Positions 38,624-46,060 of a DNA stretch of 64,000 nt are shown in pieces. The position numbers and the translations under genes were made by a program. Under the pieces are notes generated by a model. That model did not search any database. It was not told where the DNA came from and saw nothing but the letters and a program-made list of their open reading frames with translations. The stretch is from Chloroflexota bacterium (lineage in GTDB: Bacteria; Chloroflexota; Anaerolineae; Anaerolineales; UBA4823), in contig JAJUJL010000005.1 in assembly GCA_029265355.1 (NCBI GenBank), forward strand, positions 18,208 through 82,207. The letters are read 5' to 3'. The number at the start of each line of letters is the position of its first letter. Position 1 is the stretch's first letter.

Positions 38624-39151
38624 TCACCCGCCAATGGCGTTGATCAGCGCCGCCGAGCCGCCCAGCAGGAAACCCAGAGCGATATTGCCGATAATGATGA
38701 CTACAAAACCAACCGCGATCGTGATCAGCGCTTTCATGTTGTCGAGATCCAGGCCCTGGCGCACGGCGATGAAGCCGGCAGCCAGGCTCCAGATCAAACC
38801 GATAAACGCGCCAATGCAGGGAATGATGCTCAAAAGTTGCGGCGCGTAAGCGAAGCCGAGCACGCGCAGCATTTCTTCGATGGTTGCCTGGCCGCCAAAG
38901 AGAGTCGTGCCGACAAAATAGGTGACCACTGCCCAAACGATCCAGCCCACAAATGTCCAGATCAGCGTGCCAAAGAAGCCACCCATGCCCCCTGTCCCGC
39001 TCACCATCGAACCGAACAAGCTGCCCAGGCTTGCCAACACAGCCACCACGGCGACTATGATCACCGCTTGCATCGTAGCTGCCGAGTCGTGCTCAACCTC
39101 TTCGAAGGTTTTTACATCCAACTTGAAAACTCCAATGATGCGCTCTAACAC
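38624..39151 (-). CDS. Yip1-domain membrane protein
   Basis: 175-aa ORF with a soluble N-terminus (IIGVFKLDVKTFEEVEHD) then 5 hydrophobic helices. GTG start preceded by AGGAG. Confidence 0.7.
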   Translation of the reverse strand: MLERIIGVFKLDVKTFEEVEHDSAATMQAVIIVAVVAVLASLGSLFGSMVSGTGGMGGFFGTLIWTFVGWIVWAVVTYFVGTTLFGGQATIEEMLRVLGFAYAPQLLSIIPCIGAFIGLIWSLAAGFIAVRQGLDLDNMKALITIAVGFVVIIIGNIALGFLLGGSAALINAIGG

Positions 39152-39261
39152 TGTCCACTCCTTTCTTTGAACTCCTGAGGGATATATGTCTCAAAGTATA
39201 ACCCTTCTGTGATGGATCGGATACACATGATACATGACGGATTTTACATTTCATATCCAAT

Positions 39262-39291
39262 TTGACAGCTAACCCTGCAATGTGGTAAACT
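39262..39291 (+). promoter_or_regulatory. Promoter of the SAM-riboswitch/metH operon
   Basis: TTGACA, 18 nt ending TGg (extended -10), TAAACT. It lies about 38 nt upstream of the riboswitch P1. Confidence 0.5.
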
Positions 39292-39328
39292 GCGCAGCAT
39301 CAACGCACTGGAGCTCATCATCCAGGCG

Positions 39329-39530
39329 CTCATCCAGAGAGGCGGAGGGACCGGCCCTGTGAAGCCTCGGCAACCGGCTAAAGCCGGCAAACGGTAAGCG
39401 CTGCGATCAGCAAACCGGGAGCAATTGCAAAGCTCAACGGGTTAAAGGTTGCAGGTGACCGTCTTTAGAGAGGGTGCCAACTCCGGCAGCGGATGCCAGC
39501 CATATGGCTTGCAGCCACTGGAAGATGAGG
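39329..39530 (+). promoter_or_regulatory. SAM-I (S-box) riboswitch aptamer
   Basis: Conserved blocks CTCATCCAGAGAGGCGGAGGGACCGGCCCTGTGAAGCC..GGCAACC ... GGTGCCAACTCCGGCAGC ... GGAAGATGAG. P1 pairs CUCAUC with GAUGAG. Confidence 0.9.
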
Positions 39531-39553
39531 AATGAAAGCACGCGCTTTTGCAG

Positions 39554-39580
39554 CCTCTCTTCCGGAGAGGTATTTTTTTA
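39554..39580 (+). terminator. Riboswitch expression-platform terminator
   Basis: CCTCTC / GAGAGG hairpin followed by TATTTTTTTA. The 5' half (CCTCTCTTCC) can alternatively pair with the P1 3' strand GGAAGA(T)GAGG, forming the antiterminator. Confidence 0.75.
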
Positions 39581-39583
39581 TCT

Positions 39584-40036
39584 ATGGAAAAGATGAAGGT
39601 ATTCATTGCCGCCCCTCGCCCGATAAAGGAGCCCGGTTACGCCGGGGAAATCCGCGCCGCGGTCGAGGTCACCCGTCAAGTCGGACATCAACCTTTCCTG
39701 GCTTACGAAGAGATCACCCGGCGCGGCCTGGTCGATCCGGCAGCCTTCATGCCTTTCGTGCGCCAGCATCTTCACACCTCCCAGCTTATGCTGCTGCTGT
39801 ACTCGCCGGCGCTGCGCGGTGGATTGATTGAGGCTGGCATCGCTTATGCCCTGGATGTGCCAGTCTGGCTGCTGCACCGCGCCGGGCTGGTGGTTTCCTC
39901 TTCGGCGTTGGGCTGCGCCCAGCAGATCTGTTGCTACACCAGCGCCGGCGATCTCAAGCCAGCCCTTTCCGGGCTGTATCAAACTCAACTGCCGGCAGAC
40001 CTATCTCACTTGCCGGTACATGGAGACAGTAGATGA
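39584..40036 (+). CDS. Uncharacterised small protein, flavodoxin-like / nucleoside 2-deoxyribosyltransferase-like fold suspected
   Basis: ORF between the SAM-riboswitch terminator and metH. GC3-rich codons; its stop overlaps the metH ATG (ATGA). MKVFIAAP... and ...GGLIEAGIAYALDVPVWLL resemble the beta1 strand and G-x-x-E-x-G-x-A region of NDT-like proteins. Start chosen after the terminator. Confidence 0.6.
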   Translation: MEKMKVFIAAPRPIKEPGYAGEIRAAVEVTRQVGHQPFLAYEEITRRGLVDPAAFMPFVRQHLHTSQLMLLLYSPALRGGLIEAGIAYALDVPVWLLHRAGLVVSSSALGCAQQICCYTSAGDLKPALSGLYQTQLPADLSHLPVHGDSR

Positions 40037-43000
40037 AAAGGATTTACACAAACCGCGCCTACCTGGATGCGCTGCAGGAGCGCGTGCTGGTCTTCGATGG
40101 CGCTATGGGCACCAACCTGCAGGCTCAGAAGCTGAGCGCCGAGGATTTCGGCGGTGAACGGTACAACGGCTGTAACGATTACCTGGTGATCAGCAAGCCG
40201 GAAGCTGTCGAAAAAGTGCACCGCGCTTTCCTGGAAGTCGGCGTGGATGTGCTGGAAACCGACACCTTCCGTTCCAACCGCCTGACGCTAGCGGAATACG
40301 GCCTGGAAGGACAGACGCTGGAAATCAACCGCGCTGCGGCTGCCCTGGCGCGCCGCCTGGCAGACGAGTACAGCACGCCGGAGAAACCGCGCTTTGTTGC
40401 CGGCTCGATCGGACCGTCTGGCAAGCTGCCCTCCGCTGATGATCCGGAACTGTCCAACATCAGCTTCGATGAGTTGAGCGATATCTTCCGCCAGCAGGCG
40501 GTGGGCCTGATCGAGGGGGGGGTGGACCTGCTGCTGATAGAAACCTCGCAGGATATCCTGGAGGTGCGCGCCGCGGTCGCTGGTATCTTCCAGGCTTTCG
40601 AAGAGACCGGGGTGCACCTGCCCATCCAGGCGCAGGTGACCCTGGACACCACCGGGCGCATGCTTCTGGGCACCGACATTGCCGCGGCGCTTTCGATCCT
40701 GGAGGGGCTGGGCATCGATGTGGTTGGACTGAACTGCTCCACAGGCCCCGAGCACATGCGCCAGCCGATCGCCTATCTGGGGGAGCACGCCGTCCTGCCG
40801 GTTTCGTGCATACCCAACGCTGGCCTACCACTGAACGTGGATGGCGAAGCCGTCTACCCGCTGGAGCCGCAGCCATTCGCCGAAGCGATGCTCGAGTTCG
40901 TGGAGAAGAACCACATCTCGGTGGTCGGCGGCTGCTGCGGCACCACACCCGCTCACTTAAAGCTGCTGGTTGAAAAACTCAACGGCAGGAAGCGCCCACC
41001 GCGCCCACAAACGGATGCGCCGCGCCTGGCCTCCGCCACGCAAGCGGTTGCTATGCATCAGGTGCCGCCGCCCTTCCTGATCGGCGAGCGCTGCAACGCC
41101 CAGGGCAGCCGCAAGTTCAAGCGCCTGCTACTGGCGGAAGATTACGACTCCATCCTGGAAATTGCTCGCGAGCAGGTGGAGGGCGGCGCACACGCGCTGG
41201 ACATCTCGGTAGCGGTGACAGAGCGCCCCGACGAGGGCGAGTTGATGCGCAAGGTGGTCAAAAAGCTGGCGATGGGCGTGGAAGCGCCGCTGGTCATCGA
41301 TACCACCGAGCCTGAAGTGATGGAAATTGCGCTCAAAACCGCCCCCGGGCGCTGCTTGATCAACTCCACCCACCTGGAATCTGGTCGCGCCCGGGCTGAT
41401 CGCGTCTTCAGCCTGGCTAAAGCGCACAACGCCGCCGTCCTGGTGCTGACCATTGACGAAGCCGGCATGGCAAAGACCGCCCAGGCCAAGTTGGATGTGG
41501 CGCGGCGCATTTACCAGATGGCGGTCGAAGAGCATGGGCTGCGCCCGGAGGCGCTGGTATTCGACACCCTGACCTTTACCCTGGCGACCGGCGACCCTGA
41601 GTTTGCCGCCTCAGCCATCGAAACCATTGAGGGCATCCGCCGCATCAAGCAGGAGCTGCCCGGGGTGCTCACTTCCCTGGGGGTCAGCAATGTCTCTTTT
41701 GGATTGGCGCCGCATGCCCGCCCGGTACTGAACAGCGTCATGCTCTATCACAGCGTCCAGGCTGGATTGGATATGGCCATCGTCAACCCGGCGCACATCA
41801 CTCCCTACGCCGAGATTCCGGAGCAGGAGCGCGCCCTCTGCGAAGACCTGATTTTCAACCGCCGGGCAGACGCTCTGCAGCGTTTCATTGAGCACTTCGA
41901 GAGCGCCGGTCGCTCCGAGTCGGATAACGCCAGCAAGTCTGATCCGACTGAAGGGATGACGCCAGCCGAGCGGCTGGGCTGGCGCATCCTGCACCGCCAC
42001 AAGGAAGGCGTCGAGGCAGATATCGATGCCTTACTGGCAGCGGCAAGCGAGGGCAGCCGGCACGAGAACGCGGTGAGAATTCTCAACACCATCCTGCTGC
42101 CGGCCATGAAAGAAGTCGGTGATCGTTTTGGCGCCGGCGAGCTGATCCTGCCCTTTGTGCTGCAATCGGCAGAGGTGATGAAGAAAGCCGTCGCCCACCT
42201 GGAACAGTACCTGGAACGCCTGGAGGGAACCACGAAAGGAGTGGTCGTGCTGGCGACGGTGTATGGCGATGTGCACGATATTGGTAAGAACCTGGTCAAA
42301 ACCATCTTATCGAACAATGGCTACACGGTCATCGACCTGGGCAAACAGGTGCCGGCAGAGACGATCATCAGCAGGGCGGTGGAGGCCAAAGCCAGCGCGA
42401 TCGGGTTGAGCGCCCTGCTGGTCAACACCAGCAAACAAATGCCATTGATCGTCAACGAGTTGCAGCGGCGGGGACTAAATTTCCCTGTGCTGGTGGGCGG
42501 CGCCGCCATCAACCGGCGCTTTGGCTGGCGCATCCTGTACACCGAAGACGGTCGGCCCTACGAACCGGGCGTGTTTTATTGCAAGGATGCCTTCGAAGGG
42601 CTGGCGGTGATGGATGCTTTGGTGGACGAGCAGGCGCGCCCGGTGTTGCTGGAACAATTGCGGCGCGATGCCGGTCGCGAGATCGAGCGCACTGCCAAGA
42701 CACGTTCACAAGCCTCGGTGGCGCGGCGCAGCGTGACGCCGGCCGCCTCGATCCCCCGCCCGCCCTCCTGGGGGCCGCGCGTGGTGCGCCAGATGCCGCT
42801 GGAGCTGGTCTTCCAGCACCTGTACAAAAACGAGTTATTTCGTCTTTCCTGGGGCGCCAAGAACGCCCACGGCGAAGAATGGGAGCGCCTGCAAGCCGAG
42901 TTCGAAACCCGCTTGCAGAAGATGCAGCGCGAAGCGCTGCGCAGCGGCTGGCTGGTTCCCCAGGGCACCTACGGCTACTGGCCCGCCCAGGCAGATGGCG

Positions 43001-43539
43001 ATGAACTGGTGCTGTATGACCCAGCTACGCTCTCCTCCCAGCCGGTGGAAATCCAGCGCTTCGCCTTTCCGCGACAGCCGGATGGCGACCAGCTCTGCCT
43101 GGCGGATTACTTCGCATCCGTGGAAGACGGCGTGATGGACGTGGTGGCATTTCAGGTGGTGACCGTGGGACAGGAAGCTACCGAGCGCTTCGACCGCCTG
43201 CAGGCTGCCGGCGACTACTCGGAAGCCTACTTCTTGCACGGGCTGGCTGTGCAAACCGCCGAAGCTGCTGCTGAATACCTACATCGCCATATCCGCCGTG
43301 AGCTTGGCCTGGAACCAGAGCAGGGCAAACGCTATTCGTGGGGCTATCCAGCCATCCCTGACCTGGAGGATCACCGCAAAGTGTTCGATTTGCTGCCCGC
43401 CGAGGAGCAATTGGGCATGGGACTGACCGCAGCCTACCAGCTTCTGCCAGAACAATCCACCGCCGCCATCATCGTGCACCATCCCCAGGCCAGGTATTAC
43501 AGCGTCGGCGAAAGCCGGGTTGAGCAGTTGATGAGATGA
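40033..43539 (+). CDS. metH: Cobalamin-dependent methionine synthase (full length)
   Basis: 1168-aa ORF with an Hcy-binding domain (GLNCSTGP, GGCCGTTP), pterin-binding domain, B12-binding DxHxxG (GDVHDIGKN) and a C-terminal reactivation domain. Confidence 0.95.
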   Translation: MKRIYTNRAYLDALQERVLVFDGAMGTNLQAQKLSAEDFGGERYNGCNDYLVISKPEAVEKVHRAFLEVGVDVLETDTFRSNRLTLAEYGLEGQTLEINRAAAALARRLADEYSTPEKPRFVAGSIGPSGKLPSADDPELSNISFDELSDIFRQQAVGLIEGGVDLLLIETSQDILEVRAAVAGIFQAFEETGVHLPIQAQVTLDTTGRMLLGTDIAAALSILEGLGIDVVGLNCSTGPEHMRQPIAYLGEHAVLPVSCIPNAGLPLNVDGEAVYPLEPQPFAEAMLEFVEKNHISVVGGCCGTTPAHLKLLVEKLNGRKRPPRPQTDAPRLASATQAVAMHQVPPPFLIGERCNAQGSRKFKRLLLAEDYDSILEIAREQVEGGAHALDISVAVTERPDEGELMRKVVKKLAMGVEAPLVIDTTEPEVMEIALKTAPGRCLINSTHLESGRARADRVFSLAKAHNAAVLVLTIDEAGMAKTAQAKLDVARRIYQMAVEEHGLRPEALVFDTLTFTLATGDPEFAASAIETIEGIRRIKQELPGVLTSLGVSNVSFGLAPHARPVLNSVMLYHSVQAGLDMAIVNPAHITPYAEIPEQERALCEDLIFNRRADALQRFIEHFESAGRSESDNASKSDPTEGMTPAERLGWRILHRHKEGVEADIDALLAAASEGSRHENAVRILNTILLPAMKEVGDRFGAGELILPFVLQSAEVMKKAVAHLEQYLERLEGTTKGVVVLATVYGDVHDIGKNLVKTILSNNGYTVIDLGKQVPAETIISRAVEAKASAIGLSALLVNTSKQMPLIVNELQRRGLNFPVLVGGAAINRRFGWRILYTEDGRPYEPGVFYCKDAFEGLAVMDALVDEQARPVLLEQLRRDAGREIERTAKTRSQASVARRSVTPAASIPRPPSWGPRVVRQMPLELVFQHLYKNELFRLSWGAKNAHGEEWERLQAEFETRLQKMQREALRSGWLVPQGTYGYWPAQADGDELVLYDPATLSSQPVEIQRFAFPRQPDGDQLCLADYFASVEDGVMDVVAFQVVTVGQEATERFDRLQAAGDYSEAYFLHGLAVQTAEAAAEYLHRHIRRELGLEPEQGKRYSWGYPAIPDLEDHRKVFDLLPAEEQLGMGLTAAYQLLPEQSTAAIIVHHPQARYYSVGESRVEQLMR

Positions 43540-43549
43540 GGGTTATGCT

Positions 43550-45442
43550 ATGAGTGAGATGGGTGACGCATCTGCAGAAAAAGCGAACAAGTTCTTGGCT
43601 CTTTTAGAGAGCTCCAGCGTGCCAATCCTGGGCGACGGCGCCATGGGTACCATGCTGAACGCCCGCGGCGTCAACTTCGAGCAGTGCCTGGATGCTTTGA
43701 ACCTTACCCGCCCAGCCCTGGTGGCGGAAATTCACCGCGCTTATATCGATGCCGGCGCCCAGGTAATCCAGACCAATACCTTCGGCGCCAACCGCTTCAA
43801 GCTGGCCGCTCATGGCCTGGAGGACAAAGTGGCCGAGATCAACCGCTCTGGCGTCGAGCTGGCGCGGCGCGTGGTGATGGCATCTTTCAAGGATGTGCTG
43901 GTGGCTGGCGATGTCGGCCCGCTGGGTGTGCGCATGGCGCCCTACGGTCGCGTCCAGCCCGAACAAGCACGCCGCGCCTTTGCCGAGCAGATCGTCGCCC
44001 TGGCAGAAGCCGGCGCAGACCTGATCATCATCGAGACTTTCAGTGACGCGTATGAGATCCGCGAGGCGGTGGCCGCCGCCAAAGAAGTCACCTCCCTGCC
44101 GGTGATCGCTTCGATGACCTTCACGCGGGACGACCGCACACTGCTGGGCGATTCGCCGACCCGTGTGGCAACCTTGCTGGTGGAAAGCGGCGCAGACCTG
44201 ATCGGCGTCAACTGTTCCGGCGGGCCAGCCCAGTTGTGGCGCATCCTGCGCCAGATGCGCGCCGTTGCACCCCAAGCGCGCTTCTCGATCATGCCCAACG
44301 CCGGCTGGCCCGAGCAGGCTGGCGGGCGCATTATGTACCCGGCCAACCCGGATTACTTTGGCGAATATGCCCTGGCTTTTTGCGAGGCGGGTGCAGTGCT
44401 GGTCGGCGGTTGCTGCGGTACAACTCCCCAGCACATCGCGGCCATGCGCCGCGCCCTGGACGAGCAATCCACCGGCTGCGCTCCCACAGCAGGAGAGTTG
44501 TCGCTGCCCTTCGAGAGCGAGGAGCCGTTCAGCTCGCCCGACCGGCCCTCCCACATGGCGCAGAAACTGGCGGCTGGGCAGTTTGTGGTTTCGGTGGAAA
44601 TGGATCCACCGCGCGGCCTGTCGGCCCACAAACTGCTGGCAGGCGCCAGTCTGCTGGCAGAAGCAGGGGCAGATGTGATCAACGTCGCCGATTCCCCCAT
44701 GGCGCGCATGCGCATGAGCCCCTGGGCGGTGTGCGACCTGGTGCAGCGCACCGTGCAGGTGGAAACGACCCTGCACTTCCCCACCCGCGGTCGCAATCTG
44801 CTGCGCGTGCAGGGCGATCTCCTGGCAGCGCACGCCCTGGGCATTCGCAATGTCTTTGTGGTGATGGGCGACCCCACCTCCATCGGCGACTACCCCGAAG
44901 CCATGGACGACTACGACCTGGTGCCTTCTGGCCTGATCAAGCTGATCAAGCAAAACTTCAACGCCGGTGTGGACCACGCCGGCAGCGATATCGGCCAGCC
45001 AACCGCTTACTTCGTGGGCTGTGCATTGAATCTGACTCCTCAGGATGTGGACCGGGAAATCAAGAACCTGCGCCGAAAAATCGAGGCGGGCGCAGACTTT
45101 GTGCTCACCCAGCCGGTGTACGAACCAAAACTGGCGGAAGCCTTCCTGCAGCGTTACGCCGACCAGTTCGGCCCGCTGCACACTCCCGTATTAGTGGGCG
45201 TGCTGCCGCTCTACAGCGCCCGCCATGCCGCCTTCCTGCACAATGAAGTGCCAGGCATCTCGATCCCGGAAGAGATGCAGCAGCGCATTCGCCAGGCTGG
45301 CGAGGCCGCGCCGCGCGAGGGGATTCAGATTGCTCTTGAGTTAGTGGAGCAGATGCGTTCCTGGGCCGCCGGCATCTACATTATGCCGCAGTTCAATCGC
45401 TACGACCTGGCAGCCGAGATCATCGAAGGGGTGCGTCAATAA
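43550..45442 (+). CDS. yitJ: Bifunctional homocysteine S-methyltransferase / 5,10-methylenetetrahydrofolate reductase (YitJ-like)
   Basis: The N-terminal Hcy-methyltransferase domain has intact Zn-Cys motifs (GVNCSGGP, GGCCGTTP). The C-terminal half is MTHFR-like. The fusion architecture matches B. subtilis YitJ. Confidence 0.88.
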   Translation: MSEMGDASAEKANKFLALLESSSVPILGDGAMGTMLNARGVNFEQCLDALNLTRPALVAEIHRAYIDAGAQVIQTNTFGANRFKLAAHGLEDKVAEINRSGVELARRVVMASFKDVLVAGDVGPLGVRMAPYGRVQPEQARRAFAEQIVALAEAGADLIIIETFSDAYEIREAVAAAKEVTSLPVIASMTFTRDDRTLLGDSPTRVATLLVESGADLIGVNCSGGPAQLWRILRQMRAVAPQARFSIMPNAGWPEQAGGRIMYPANPDYFGEYALAFCEAGAVLVGGCCGTTPQHIAAMRRALDEQSTGCAPTAGELSLPFESEEPFSSPDRPSHMAQKLAAGQFVVSVEMDPPRGLSAHKLLAGASLLAEAGADVINVADSPMARMRMSPWAVCDLVQRTVQVETTLHFPTRGRNLLRVQGDLLAAHALGIRNVFVVMGDPTSIGDYPEAMDDYDLVPSGLIKLIKQNFNAGVDHAGSDIGQPTAYFVGCALNLTPQDVDREIKNLRRKIEAGADFVLTQPVYEPKLAEAFLQRYADQFGPLHTPVLVGVLPLYSARHAAFLHNEVPGISIPEEMQQRIRQAGEAAPREGIQIALELVEQMRSWAAGIYIMPQFNRYDLAAEIIEGVRQ

Positions 45443-45448
45443 ATACGG

Positions 45449-45489
45449 TTTGGGAATTGGCAGACGCCGGGCGCCTGCCAATTCCCAAA
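45449..45489. terminator. Bidirectional hairpin terminator between yitJ-like gene and the convergent small membrane protein gene
   Basis: 15-bp perfect stem TTTGGGAATTGGCAG / CTGCCAATTCCCAAA. Confidence 0.75.
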
Positions 45490-45519
45490 GTACTTCAAGG
45501 GTTGTTTCTGCAGCGCAGT

Positions 45520-45906
45520 CTAGATTGCCGGAGGAATCTCGTCATCCTGCCTGGTTTCTGGCTGCTCGGACGTGGCGGGCGGTTCACCAGAGGGGGATTG
45601 ATCGAAGCTGGCTATGGGCGGCGCGGTGATCACCGCTTCGGCTGCCGGGGCAGGCTTGCTGTTGCGCAGGGTGATTACACCCACCACAACCGGCACGGCG
45701 ACACCGATCACACCCAGGCACAGCGCCACCAGGCCCAAGGTGATGGCTGCGGCAGGATCGTTGCTTCCACCAATATCGATATCTGCGCCGGGCACCATTC
45801 CCACGAAGGAGAAGATTGAACCAAAGCACAGGGCAAATAAACCCGGGCAACCGCACAGCAGCGTGGTGGCAACTGTGGCAATAATTCCAGTAGTCCGCTT
45901 ATCCAT
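45520..45906 (-). CDS. Hypothetical small membrane protein
   Basis: Two predicted TM helices then a Pro/Ala/Glu-rich tail. ATG preceded by AAGGAGAG at 6-nt spacing, with a hairpin terminator downstream. No recognisable family. Confidence 0.6.
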   Translation of the reverse strand: MDKRTTGIIATVATTLLCGCPGLFALCFGSIFSFVGMVPGADIDIGGSNDPAAAITLGLVALCLGVIGVAVPVVVGVITLRNSKPAPAAEAVITAPPIASFDQSPSGEPPATSEQPETRQDDEIPPAI

Positions 45907-45938
45907 CAAGCACTCTCCTTTGCGAATAAATCATCAGA

Positions 45939-45979
45939 GTGCTGAGCACAGCCTTTGCTGTACTCAGCACCCGCTTTTT
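45939..45979. terminator. Hairpin between pheT 3' end and the start of the small membrane protein gene
   Basis: GTGCTGAGCACAGC-CTTT-GCTGTACTCAGCAC (one mismatch). The T-run (CCGCTTTTT) lies only on the plus-strand side, so strand assignment is ambiguous. Confidence 0.45.
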
Positions 45980-46060
45980 CACATTTACTAAGTATACGTC
46001 AAAAAGGCCACACCGGCACGCAAAATTGTTATTAGTGGTGAATGCTCACTCAGCGAATCT

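Noticed and set aside
39548-39583. Upstream extension of the small ORF (start at 39548)
   Set aside because: That start would place the first 12 codons across the riboswitch terminator hairpin and U-tract. The ATG at 39584 lies after the terminator and has GGAGAGG upstream, so it is preferred.
43604-45181. 525-aa ORF antisense to the yitJ-like gene. Similar antisense ORFs lie at 29011..30156 (clpB), 46115..47188 (pheT), 26396..27601 (M42 peptidase/thioesterase), 36109..37770 (STAND gene) and 62213..62845 (etfA)
   Set aside because: All are nested in genes with clear family motifs on the opposite strand and are rich in Arg/Gly/Ala/His, as expected from high-GC antisense frames. None has independent evidence.
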